Counted from the stretch's first letter, positions 44,218-53,275 are shown. The stretch is 64,000 bases of DNA from an uncultured beta proteobacterium (GCA_903900805.1 CAIUOP010000088.1:20411-84410); one strand, 5' to 3'. Numbers and translations: made by a program. Notes: generated from the letters alone by a model not told the origin.

Positions 44218-45189
44218 ATGGACTTGAGCTCAATCACTTCAGCAATTTCTAGCGCTTATGGCAGCGTGCAGGAGTTTCTGTTTGCCAAAATCGTTGGGCC
44301 ACTTCTGTATCAATTTGATTTGATGTCTTGGGCAGAAGATATTTTTGATGGTATTGACTGGTTTTTATTTGGCTGCATTCAGATTTTTCTGATCATTGTT
44401 GTACTAAGAACCTGGGAGCGTCTAGCGCCCGCAGAGATGCAAGAACGTTTTTCTAAAGCCAACTGGTCAGACGTGATCTACACCTTATTTCATCGACTTG
44501 GTATTTTTCATGGCTTGATCTTTATTGCCTTGTCGGGTTTCTTTTTTCAGATGGATGCTATCTTGCATGACTTCCGCTTTGAACGCTTTAATGTCGAGTC
44601 TTGGTGGCCAGGGGTTACTTCAATACCGCTAGTCAGTTTTTTAGTCTATTTGGTTCTTCTGGATCTAGTGGGTTACCTCTACCATCGCGCTTCACATACA
44701 TTCCATTGGTGGTGGCAGTTGCATGCTTTGCATCATAGTCAAACGGTAATGACCGCTTGGTCAGATAATCGGAATCACATCCTAGATGACATCATGGATG
44801 CAGCAGTGACAGCATTTTTTGCACTCCTTTTTGGTGTATCCCCGGGGCAATTCATTATCTTGATTGCATTGAGTCAATTTATTCAAAGCTGGCAACATGC
44901 CAATATCAAGGTCCACCTGGGTAAGGCGCAATATCTTTTGGTATCGCCCATGTTTCATCGTATGCACCATGCAGTCGGCTATGGCCATGAAGCGATGGGT
45001 AAGCCAGGTGTCTTGGGCGGTTGCAATTTTGGTATTTTGTTTCCCTGGTGGGATATGTTCTTTAGAACTGCCATCTTCCCGAAAGAGGTCTATCCTACGG
45101 GGGTAAGAAACTTGGTCGTATCGCACAATGTCTTTGCGCAACAATGGCAAGGCTTGCTACGTGCAGTAAAAGAATTCAAACCAAAGTAA
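44218..45189 (+). CDS. Fatty acid hydroxylase / sterol desaturase superfamily membrane protein
   Basis: Multi-TM protein with three di-iron histidine boxes: HRASH, HALHH and HRMHH. Confidence 0.8.
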   Translation: MDLSSITSAISSAYGSVQEFLFAKIVGPLLYQFDLMSWAEDIFDGIDWFLFGCIQIFLIIVVLRTWERLAPAEMQERFSKANWSDVIYTLFHRLGIFHGLIFIALSGFFFQMDAILHDFRFERFNVESWWPGVTSIPLVSFLVYLVLLDLVGYLYHRASHTFHWWWQLHALHHSQTVMTAWSDNRNHILDDIMDAAVTAFFALLFGVSPGQFIILIALSQFIQSWQHANIKVHLGKAQYLLVSPMFHRMHHAVGYGHEAMGKPGVLGGCNFGILFPWWDMFFRTAIFPKEVYPTGVRNLVVSHNVFAQQWQGLLRAVKEFKPK

Positions 45190-45233
45190 ATCAATGAAGT
45201 AAGGCATACGAGTTGGTATGCAATAGGAGTTTT

Positions 45234-46103
45234 ATGGTTGGACTACCACAAGTATTTAAATCATTTGGATTGGCCCTCGTGGGGACGATGCATCCAAGAA
45301 TGCTGTGGTTGAGCTTGCGACCATTCTTGATCGTATCGATTCTCTGGGGCTGCCTGATTTGGCTCACATGGACGCCCGCACTAGCAGTACTCAGTGAGTT
45401 CCTAACCAACTCCCTGTTTACGAATTGGATTCAAGAAGGCTTGATCTGGGCTGGCTTTGAAAACGCTAGAGCATGGATTGCGCCCTTATTTTTTGTGATG
45501 CTCATTATTCCGCTGATCACCATTAGTTTGTTAGTGTTTATTGCCTTTTCAACCGTACCCACGATTGTGAAAATTGTTGTCAGGCAGGCGCACTATCAAG
45601 ATTTAGAGTGCAAGCGGGGCGGGGGTTTATTCGGCAGTCTGTTTTACACCCTATGGTCGGCGCTCATCTGCCTTGCATTAGTGATGTTGACATTGCCAGT
45701 ATGGTGGGTGCCGCCGCTGGTAGCAGTATTGCCGCCATTGCTCTGGGGATGGTTAACGATGCGCCTGATGTCTTATGACGTACTAGCTCAGCATGCGAGC
45801 ACAGAAGAGCGTGATCAGCTATTGGAAAAATTTCGCTGGCCCTTGCTTTGTATGGGCATTGCTTCCGGAATGCTTGGTGCTGTGCCCACATTCTTCTGGG
45901 CTACATCAGCATTAGCCTTAGTATTATTTCCGCTAGTAAGCTTTGTTGCTCTCTGGATTTATTCTTTAATCTTTGTGTTTGCGGCTCTTTGGTTTAGCCA
46001 CTTCTTACTGGAAGCTTTACAAGAACTGCGGCAAGAAGAATTGGATAAAGCCTTAACAGTGCAATCACGTGTAGTTGAAACGGAACTTCCCTATCATGGC
46101 TAA
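45234..46103 (+). CDS. Multi-pass membrane protein, tentatively EI24/CysZ-like
   Basis: ATG after an AGGAG SD. It has several long hydrophobic helices and a central basic loop (QAHYQDLECKRGGG). The family call rests on overall topology only. Confidence 0.45.
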   Translation: MVGLPQVFKSFGLALVGTMHPRMLWLSLRPFLIVSILWGCLIWLTWTPALAVLSEFLTNSLFTNWIQEGLIWAGFENARAWIAPLFFVMLIIPLITISLLVFIAFSTVPTIVKIVVRQAHYQDLECKRGGGLFGSLFYTLWSALICLALVMLTLPVWWVPPLVAVLPPLLWGWLTMRLMSYDVLAQHASTEERDQLLEKFRWPLLCMGIASGMLGAVPTFFWATSALALVLFPLVSFVALWIYSLIFVFAALWFSHFLLEALQELRQEELDKALTVQSRVVETELPYHG

Positions 46104-46962
46104 TGAGATGGTTGATGCAACAAAAAAAGTTGAAATAGACCTACCTGCTAAAGCGCAGCGCCGTTTTGGTTTGATTGTGATTGGGGATGAAATTCTATCC
46201 GGTCGTCGCCAAGATAAACACATGGCTACATTGATTGAGCTACTCAATGAGCGTGGCCTAAGCCTCGCATGGGCGAAGTATGTAGCTGATGATCCCAAGC
46301 AGATTACTGCAACACTCAAAGAAAGCTTTGCAAGGGGTGACGTGGTGTTTAGTACAGGTGGTATTGGTGCGACACCAGATGATCACACCCGTCAATGTGC
46401 AGCATTGGCACTAGGCACCAAAACGCAGTTACACCCAAGCGCACAAGAATTGATTGCAGCTCGCATTCAGTCGACAGCAGAAGGCGATCCTATCAAAGCA
46501 GATTTAAATACGCCCGAGAATCAACATCGCTTCAAGATGGGGGAGTTCCCGATTGGCAGCGACATCATTCCTAATCCTTATAACCAGATTCCTGGCTTTC
46601 GGATAAAAGAGCATCATTTTGTTCCTGGCTTTCCGGTCATGGCTGCCCCCATGATGGCTTGGTGTTTAGATACTTTCTACAAAGACCTCTTTCATCAAGA
46701 GAACTGGGCAGAGCAGAGCTTCATTGTTCCTAAGGGGATTGAGTCGACCTTGACTCCTCTAATGGAGCGTATTGAGGCCAATTTTCCTGGGGTGAAGGTG
46801 TTTAGCCTACCTTCGGTTGGTGATGCTAAAAAAGAGGGTATTTATGCCCATCGCCATATCGAATTGGGCATTAAAGGAAACGCAAATCTTTTAGAAAATG
46901 CCTGGTCTGCTTTGAGAGCTGGCACCCAAGAGCTTGGCTATGAGATTCACGACATCAGCTAA
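46096..46962 (+). CDS. Molybdopterin-binding (MoCF_BD) CinA-N-terminal-like domain protein
   Basis: FGLIVIGDEILSGRRQDKH and VVFSTGGIGATPDDHT motifs. An 8-nt ATGGCTAA overlap with the upstream gene indicates translational coupling. Confidence 0.7.
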   Translation: MANEMVDATKKVEIDLPAKAQRRFGLIVIGDEILSGRRQDKHMATLIELLNERGLSLAWAKYVADDPKQITATLKESFARGDVVFSTGGIGATPDDHTRQCAALALGTKTQLHPSAQELIAARIQSTAEGDPIKADLNTPENQHRFKMGEFPIGSDIIPNPYNQIPGFRIKEHHFVPGFPVMAAPMMAWCLDTFYKDLFHQENWAEQSFIVPKGIESTLTPLMERIEANFPGVKVFSLPSVGDAKKEGIYAHRHIELGIKGNANLLENAWSALRAGTQELGYEIHDIS

Positions 46963-46980
46963 GCGATAACTTATACTATT

Positions 46981-46997
46981 TGCACCAAATAAGTGCA
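46981..46997. promoter_or_regulatory. NtrC-type enhancer palindrome upstream of glnA
   Basis: TGCACCAAATAAGTGCA matches the TGCACC-N5-GGTGCA consensus at 11/12 half-site positions. Confidence 0.55.
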
Positions 46998-47032
46998 AAT
47001 AGAAGGTTTTTAGGCTGTCCAAGCCTAAATCG

Positions 47033-47049
47033 AGCACTTTAATAGTGCA
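47033..47049. promoter_or_regulatory. Second NtrC-type palindrome
   Basis: AGCACTTTAATAGTGCA contains a GCAC-N7-GTGC core. Its centre is 52 nt (about 5 helical turns) from the first site. Confidence 0.45.
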
Positions 47050-47097
47050 ATAATAAGAGTTCCCATTTGTTTGCTTCAGTAAATTACATACATCCAT

Positions 47098-47114
47098 TAG
47101 GCATGTTTGATGCC
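47098..47114 (+). promoter_or_regulatory. Candidate sigma54 (-24/-12) promoter of glnA
   Basis: In tAGGCATgtttgATGCc, GG (47100-47101) and GC (47112-47113) have the canonical 12-nt offset. It is about 60 nt upstream of the glnA ATG and downstream of the NtrC sites. The flanking bases are degenerate relative to TGGCAC-N5-TTGCA. Confidence 0.4.
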
Positions 47115-47176
47115 TGGAATAAACAAGGGTGTATGCCTTATTTAAATTCCGAATTTAGTTCATAGAGGAGATTTGC

Positions 47177-48592
47177 ATGACGAAGACCGTCGCTGATGTG
47201 ATGAAGTTAGTTAAAGAGAAAGAATGTACTTTCGTTGATTTCCGCTTTGTAGATACAAAGGGTAAAGAACAGCATACGACCGTTCCTATTTCTGCTTTTG
47301 ATGAAGATAAATTTGAGAGCGGTCATGCATTTGACGGTTCTTCTATCGCTGGCTGGAAAGGCATTGAAGCTTCCGATATGTTGTTGATGCCAGATCCAAC
47401 AGCTTGCTATATCGACCCATTTTATGAAGAGCCAACGCTAGTAATCACATGTGATGTGATCGAGCCTTCAGATGGCAAAGGTTACGACCGTGATCCACGT
47501 TCTATTGCAAAGCGTGCTGAGGCGTATTTGAAGAGCTCCGGTTTAGGTGATACAGCTTACTTTGGTCCAGAGCCTGAGTTCTTTATTTTTGATGGCGTTC
47601 GTTGGGGTGCCGATATGCAAGGCTGCTTCGTGAAGATTGACTCTGAAGAAGCGCCATGGTCATCTAGTCTCAAAATCGAAGGCGGCAATCCTGGTCACCG
47701 CCCTGGTAAAAAAGGTGGTTACTTCCCAGTTGCTCCGGTTGATACTTTCCAGGACATGCGTTCTGAAATGTGTTTGATTCTCGAATCACTGGGCATTCCA
47801 GTAGAAGTGCATCACCATGAAGTTGCTGGTCAAGGTCAAAACGAATTGGGTACCAAGTTCAGCACACTGACACAGCGCGCTGACTGGACTATCTGGCAGA
47901 AATATGTTGTACAAAACGTTGCTCATGCTTATGGCAAGACCGCAACCTTTATGCCTAAGCCAGTAGTTGGCGATAACGGCTCTGGTATGCACGTTCACCA
48001 ATCGGTTTGGAAGAATGGTGAGAACTTATTTGCTGGTAATGGATATGCTGGTTTGTCAGAGTTTGCTTTGTTCTACATCGGCGGCATCATTAAGCACGCT
48101 AGAGCACTCAATGCCATTACTAATCCAGGTACAAACTCTTATAAGCGTTTAGTACCAGGTTTTGAGGCGCCAGTGAAATTAGCATACTCAGCCCGTAATC
48201 GTTCTGCTTCTATCCGTATTCCGCATGTGGCAAATCCTAAGGGTCGTCGTATCGAAACCCGTTTCCCAGATCCATTGGCTAACCCATACTTGGCGTTCTC
48301 TGCCTTATTGATGGCTGGTTTAGATGGCGTACAGAATAAGATTCACCCGGGTGAAGCTGCTAACAAGAACTTGTATGACTTGCCACCAGAAGAAGATGCA
48401 AAGATCCCAACGGTTTGCGCAAGCTTGGAAGAAGCATTAGATGCATTAAAACAAGATCACGAGTTCTTAACTCGCGGTGGAGTATTTACTGAGTCTATGC
48501 TTGATGCCTATATCAATTTGAAGATGGAAGATGTCACACGTTTCCGTATGACAACCCATCCTATCGAATTTGATATGTACTATTCCCTGTAA
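47177..48592 (+). CDS. glnA: Glutamine synthetase type I
   Basis: FDGSSIAGW, the GSGMHVHQS region and the adenylylation-site context [10 protein letters not shown]. Confidence 0.96.
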   Translation: MTKTVADVMKLVKEKECTFVDFRFVDTKGKEQHTTVPISAFDEDKFESGHAFDGSSIAGWKGIEASDMLLMPDPTACYIDPFYEEPTLVITCDVIEPSDGKGYDRDPRSIAKRAEAYLKSSGLGDTAYFGPEPEFFIFDGVRWGADMQGCFVKIDSEEAPWSSSLKIEGGNPGHRPGKKGGYFPVAPVDTFQDMRSEMCLILESLGIPVEVHHHEVAGQGQNELGTKFSTLTQRADWTIWQKYVVQNVAHAYGKTATFMPKPVVGDNGSGMHVHQSVWKNGENLFAGNGYAGLSEFALFYIGGIIKHARALNAITNPGTNSYKRLVPGFEAPVKLAYSARNRSASIRIPHVANPKGRRIETRFPDPLANPYLAFSALLMAGLDGVQNKIHPGEAANKNLYDLPPEEDAKIPTVCASLEEALDALKQDHEFLTRGGVFTESMLDAYINLKMEDVTRFRMTTHPIEFDMYYSL

Positions 48593-48606
48593 GCGAAGGA
48601 GAGAAC

Positions 48607-49740
48607 TTGAGCGCAGGTCTGTTGCGCAATTCGTTCAAGGGGGCAGCTACGGCTGCTCCTTTTTTTCCGACATTGCTAGATCAGATGCCCAATGCCATCA
48701 TGGTATTTGAGGCTGAGAGCCAACAATTGGTTTACGTGAACCCAGCTGCAGAGTCAGCACTGGATCTATCCCGTAAATCACTTGAGGGTCAGTCTGTGCA
48801 TGATTTATTTGGGGGTAATGAAGCCCTCAATAGAATGATCGCCGAAGTAAAGCTTGGCCATGTTGTCGCTCAGCGCCAAGAGTTAGTCTTACATTCCTTG
48901 CCAGGCAGTATTCATCAAGAGTTAATCCAGGCGTATATCGTAGTTGCTGCACTTGAAGATCCTGACCTACTATTAATGGAGTGGTTTCCAATTGATCAAC
49001 AGTTGCGCAGTGCTCGCGATGAACGTGTGACGCAACAAGTGGAATCAAACAAGCAATTAATGCGCAATCTGGCGCATGAGATTAAAAACCCATTAGGTGG
49101 AATACGTGGTGCAGCTCAACTATTAGAGTTTGAGTTGCCCGACCAAGGTTTACGTGAATATACGCAAGTCATTATTAAAGAGTCTGATCGTTTGCAGACC
49201 TTAGTAGATCGGCTGCTGGCACCACATCGCAAGGCTCATGTCATCGAGGCATTCAATGTACATGAAGCGCTCGAGCGGGTACGTAGCCTTGTATTAGCAG
49301 AGTTTCCTAAAGGCTTAAAAATTATTCGTAATTACGACACCAGCCTTCCAGATGTGATGGGTGATCGTGAGCAATTAATTCAAGCAACCTTAAATATTGT
49401 GCATAACGCAGCGCAAGCGCTTTCCGAAGAGATTATTGCTGGTGTTGCCCAAATCGAATTAAAAACCCGTGTAGCGCGTTCGGTCACGATTGCAAAGCAA
49501 CGCTATAAATTGGCGATGGATTTGCACGTGATCGATAACGGACCCGGCATTCCAGAAGAAATGATGGAGCGCATCTTCTTTCCCTTGGTATCAGGGAGAG
49601 AGGGTGGTAGCGGCTTAGGCCTCACCTTGGCACAAACCTTTGTTCAGCAACACCAGGGCTTTATTGCTTGCGATAGTCGCCCTGGACGTACCGATTTTCA
49701 TATTCAAATTCCATACCGTAGGCAGGAGAGAGCATCATGA
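48607..49740 (+). CDS. glnL: Nitrogen regulation sensor histidine kinase NtrB
   Basis: PAS N-domain, H-box LAHEIKNPLGGIRG, N box HNAAQAL, and G boxes DNGPGIP and GSGLGL. TTG start. Confidence 0.9.
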   Translation: MSAGLLRNSFKGAATAAPFFPTLLDQMPNAIMVFEAESQQLVYVNPAAESALDLSRKSLEGQSVHDLFGGNEALNRMIAEVKLGHVVAQRQELVLHSLPGSIHQELIQAYIVVAALEDPDLLLMEWFPIDQQLRSARDERVTQQVESNKQLMRNLAHEIKNPLGGIRGAAQLLEFELPDQGLREYTQVIIKESDRLQTLVDRLLAPHRKAHVIEAFNVHEALERVRSLVLAEFPKGLKIIRNYDTSLPDVMGDREQLIQATLNIVHNAAQALSEEIIAGVAQIELKTRVARSVTIAKQRYKLAMDLHVIDNGPGIPEEMMERIFFPLVSGREGGSGLGLTLAQTFVQQHQGFIACDSRPGRTDFHIQIPYRRQERAS

Positions 49741-51188
49741 AACCAATTTGGATCGTCGACGATGACCAATCAATTCGCTGGGTTCTAGAAAAAGCCTTGG
49801 CACGCGAGAATATTCCGCACAAGAGTTTCTCTAATCCAAATGATGTGCTCAACGCGCTAGAGAAAGAATCTCCTCAGGTTCTGATCTCAGATATTCGGAT
49901 GCCTCGCGGTAATGGCTTAGATTTGTTGCAGCATGTTAAAGCAAGCCATCCAAATCTCCCTGTCATCATCATGACAGCCTACTCAGATCTTGACTCTGCA
50001 GTCTCATCCTTTCAGGGTGGTGCATTTGAATATCTCACGAAACCGTTTGATGTGGAGAAAGCAGTTGAGTTAATACACCGGGCAGTAGAACAAGGTATTC
50101 GCAATGATTCAGGTGCCAAGGAATTATCTGCACTAAGACAAGATGCTTCAGAAATCATTGGCCAAGCACCTGCGATGCAAGAGATCTTCCGGGCGATTGG
50201 TCGCTTAGCCCAGTCTCATGCAACCGTACTGATTACTGGTGAGTCTGGTACTGGTAAAGAGTTGGTAGCGCATGCATTGCATAAGCACAGCCCTAGAGCT
50301 AAGGGGCCATTTGTATCCCTCAGCACTTCAGCTGTTCCTAAAGATCTACTCGAATCAGAATTATTTGGCCATGAGCGTGGCGCCTTCCCAGGCGCACAGA
50401 CCTTGCGTCGTGGTCGCTTTGAGCAAGCTGATGGTGGTACTTTATTCTTAGGCGAAATTGGCGACTTACCATTTGATCTGCAAACTCGACTCTTGCGCGT
50501 TTTATCTGATGGACACTTCTATCGGATTGGCGGCCAAGACCCAATCAAGGCTAATGTCCGTATTGTTGCTTCGACACATCAAAACCTAGATACACGAGTC
50601 GCGGCAGGCTTCTTCCGCGAAGATTTATTACATCGTTTGAATGTCATGCGCTTACGCATGCCTTCATTACGCGAACGAAGTGAAGATATTCCGATGTTGG
50701 CAAGACACTTTATGCTCAGTTGCGCTAAGTCACTCGGTGTCGAGCCTAAGAAGCTTTCCGATGAGGTATTAAAAGAGATTACAGCAATGCCGTTTCCAGG
50801 TAATGTTCGTCAATTAGAGAATCTGTGTCATTGGCTGACAGTCATGACGCCTGCCAACATTATTGGCGTGAGTGATCTGCCTGCCGACATCATGGCAGAA
50901 ACGCAAGAACAGCCGGTCATATTGCGAGGTGAATCCTCTCCGACAAATCCAGCACCCACAAAAGGCGCTGCAAACGATTGGGAAAGTGGACTTGGGCGTT
51001 TAGCCGCAAAAATGCTGCAAGATGGTGATAAAGAAGTTTACGATGCACTAAATGCTCGATTTGAGAAAGCAGTATTGCAAGCAGCGCTAGAAGTAACGCG
51101 CGGCCGCAGAGTAGAGGCAGCGCTACGGCTTGGCATTGGACGCAATACGATTACGCGTAAATTACAGGAACTGGGTATAGATGACTGA
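49737..51188 (+). CDS. glnG: Nitrogen regulation response regulator NtrC (sigma54-activator family), with atypical core motifs
   Basis: Receiver domain (VDDD, SDIRMP, KPFD), AAA+ domain (GESGTGKE, FREDLLHRLN, GNVRQLEN) and a Fis-type HTH. It reads GAFPGA instead of GAFTGA, and LFLGEIG instead of LFLDEIG. Confidence 0.9.
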   Translation: MKPIWIVDDDQSIRWVLEKALARENIPHKSFSNPNDVLNALEKESPQVLISDIRMPRGNGLDLLQHVKASHPNLPVIIMTAYSDLDSAVSSFQGGAFEYLTKPFDVEKAVELIHRAVEQGIRNDSGAKELSALRQDASEIIGQAPAMQEIFRAIGRLAQSHATVLITGESGTGKELVAHALHKHSPRAKGPFVSLSTSAVPKDLLESELFGHERGAFPGAQTLRRGRFEQADGGTLFLGEIGDLPFDLQTRLLRVLSDGHFYRIGGQDPIKANVRIVASTHQNLDTRVAAGFFREDLLHRLNVMRLRMPSLRERSEDIPMLARHFMLSCAKSLGVEPKKLSDEVLKEITAMPFPGNVRQLENLCHWLTVMTPANIIGVSDLPADIMAETQEQPVILRGESSPTNPAPTKGAANDWESGLGRLAAKMLQDGDKEVYDALNARFEKAVLQAALEVTRGRRVEAALRLGIGRNTITRKLQELGIDD

Positions 51189-52032
51189 TTCAATCCGAAT
51201 TGCGGCGTGGAATGTGAATTCCTTAAAGGTTCGTCTTCCACACGTACTTCGTTGGTTGCAAGATCAGGAAAAGAAGCAGCAAGCTATTGATGCCTTGTGC
51301 TTACAAGAGCTCAAGCTCACGAATGATAAGTATCCCCATCAAGAACTAGAGGCAGCGGGCTATCTCAGCATGGCCGCAGGGCAAAAGACCTATAACGGCG
51401 TTGCCATCATTGTGCGTAAAGCGGCTTTAGCAGCGATTGCCTCTGACGCAGCCACCACCTTTTTAAAGCCCATTAGAAATATCCCAGGAAATGATGATGA
51501 GCAGCAGCGCATCTTGGCAGCAACGATTCCATTTGCGGGCACAAAACCTATCAGACTAGTATCAGCGTATTTTCCGAATGGACAATCGCCAGAGAGCGAT
51601 AAGTTTGTTTATAAATTGAACTGGTTAAGCAAGTTACAAAATTGGTTAACAGAAGAACTGCAACAAAATCAACGCTTGGCACTTCTGGGGGACTTCAATA
51701 TTGCACCAACTGATCAAGATGTGCATGATCCCAAGGCATGGGAAGGGCAGAATCTCGTTTCAGCACCAGAAAGAAATGCGTTCCAAGAGTTAATTAATCT
51801 TGGGCTACATGATTCATTCAGAATGTTTGAGCAAGCGCCCAAAACCTATAGTTGGTGGGACTATCGCATGATGGGTTTCAGAAGAAATGCAGGTATGCGG
51901 ATTGATCACATCCTATTAAGTGAGGCGCTCAAAGAAAAATGTAGTGCGAGCATAGTCGATAAAGAGCCCAGGGCCTGGGAACAGCCTTCAGACCATGCTC
52001 CAGTAATTGCTGAGATCAAAAAGGATCAGTAA
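51181..52032 (+). CDS. xthA: Exodeoxyribonuclease III
   Basis: IAAWNVNSLKVR N-terminus, LQELK, the GDFNIAP region and a C-terminal SDHAPV motif. It overlaps ntrC by 8 nt. Confidence 0.9.
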   Translation: MTDSIRIAAWNVNSLKVRLPHVLRWLQDQEKKQQAIDALCLQELKLTNDKYPHQELEAAGYLSMAAGQKTYNGVAIIVRKAALAAIASDAATTFLKPIRNIPGNDDEQQRILAATIPFAGTKPIRLVSAYFPNGQSPESDKFVYKLNWLSKLQNWLTEELQQNQRLALLGDFNIAPTDQDVHDPKAWEGQNLVSAPERNAFQELINLGLHDSFRMFEQAPKTYSWWDYRMMGFRRNAGMRIDHILLSEALKEKCSASIVDKEPRAWEQPSDHAPVIAEIKKDQ

Positions 52033-52161
52033 TATTTAAAATAGGCCTCTACAAGTTGATTTGGTGATAACCCTCGGTATTGATGAGATATCCTAAAAAT
52101 CATTTGACCCATATCAAATTGCTTGGCATTCTGTATTCCACAAGACAATTGGAGGTGTGTA

Positions 52162-52635
52162 ATGAAATTCAAACAATTAATTGCTGCTGTTGGTTTTATT
52201 TTTGCTATGGGAATGACTGCGACGCAATCGCTGGCACTGACACATGTCGACGGCGCTATCGCCTATGAAGATATTGAGGCTACAGAAATCTTAATAGCAC
52301 AATCGCCCAAAACCATCTTGGGACAGGATTTTAAATATCCGACAGGACAGCCCCTTATCAAAGCCTTTTTGATTGATATACCAGTTGGTAAGCAAACCTC
52401 TTTACACAAGCATGCTGTTCCATTATTTGTTTATGTGCTCTCTGGAGAGTTGGAAGTAGATTATGGCAGTAAGGGCAAGAAAACTTTTAAATCGGGCACA
52501 TCATACATAGAGGCGATTGATTGGTGCCATCTTGGTAAGGCTTCTGGAAAATTACCTGTAAAGATTATTGGCGTTTATCTTGGTCAAGAAAAACCCGATC
52601 AAATTAAACCCGAGTCTTGCACTAAACCCAATTAA
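52162..52635 (+). CDS. Secreted cupin domain protein
   Basis: GGAGG SD before the ATG at 52162, and a signal peptide (…TQSLA-LT). It has cupin motif-like LHKHAVPLFVYVLSGELEVD and a second beta-strand motif with His (IDWCHLG). Confidence 0.65.
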   Translation: MKFKQLIAAVGFIFAMGMTATQSLALTHVDGAIAYEDIEATEILIAQSPKTILGQDFKYPTGQPLIKAFLIDIPVGKQTSLHKHAVPLFVYVLSGELEVDYGSKGKKTFKSGTSYIEAIDWCHLGKASGKLPVKIIGVYLGQEKPDQIKPESCTKPN

Positions 52636-52664
52636 TGCTTTTATTGCCTCTATAGGAATTAGAT

Positions 52665-53165
52665 ATGAATTTCAAAAGTTTTCAGTTCAAGGCATTTTTT
52701 CGTCTATTTGTCGGCAGTATTTTTCTATTGTCCGCGAGTTTAGTTTGTGCCCAAACCGTCATTACAGTAACTCATCCTGAGGTTCCTGCCCCAACTCTGC
52801 TTGATCATGGGTCAAAAGGCCAATCTGTTGGCGATGTTCGTTTATGGCATTTCAAAGCAAAAGCTAACAATAGCACTGAAGTAATGACTGATTGGATTAT
52901 GACAACAACCAGCGTGAGTGAAGAGCCGGGTGGCATGGAATCTAGAATTACCAGTGCAGTTTTTTCATTCGGCTCAGGCTCAAAAGATCAAATCATTATT
53001 CAGGGTGTTGCTTCATACCCCGGTACCAAGGCAACCCTAGTTGAGTCATCTCCAACTGCCCGAGCGATTACCGGTGGAACAGGGAAGTATGCTGGTGTTG
53101 GTGGCTGGGTAGAAACTACGCATCTTACTGACGGCTCATGGCAACACGTACTTCGCATTAAGTAA
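52665..53165 (+). CDS. Secreted beta-barrel protein, tentatively dirigent / allene-oxide-cyclase-barrel-like
   Basis: Signal peptide (…SLVCA-QT), plus GDVRLWHF and a C-terminal ITGGTGKYAGVGG motif that I associate with dirigent/AOC-like barrels. Confidence 0.5.
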   Translation: MNFKSFQFKAFFRLFVGSIFLLSASLVCAQTVITVTHPEVPAPTLLDHGSKGQSVGDVRLWHFKAKANNSTEVMTDWIMTTTSVSEEPGGMESRITSAVFSFGSGSKDQIIIQGVASYPGTKATLVESSPTARAITGGTGKYAGVGGWVETTHLTDGSWQHVLRIK

Positions 53166-53184
53166 TAGCGCGAATGGCTTTAAT

Positions 53185-53219
53185 AAAAACTATCCCGCTT
53201 GCGAGCGGGATTTTTGTTT
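53185..53219. terminator. Bidirectional rho-independent terminator between convergent genes
   Basis: Perfect 8-bp stem atcccgct (53192-53199) / agcgggat (53204-53211) with tetraloop tgcg. An A-run lies upstream and TTTTTGTTT downstream. Confidence 0.7.
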
Positions 53220-53275
53220 ACGAATGCCTTGATGTATTCGAGGTCAGAATTTAATAGCTCTCTTAATCTAAGGAG

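Noticed and set aside
47011-47027. Hairpin TAGGCT-N5-AGCCTA after the cinA-like gene as a terminator
   Set aside because: It has only a 6-bp stem and no downstream T-run, and it sits between the two NtrC-type sites. That is not enough to call a terminator.
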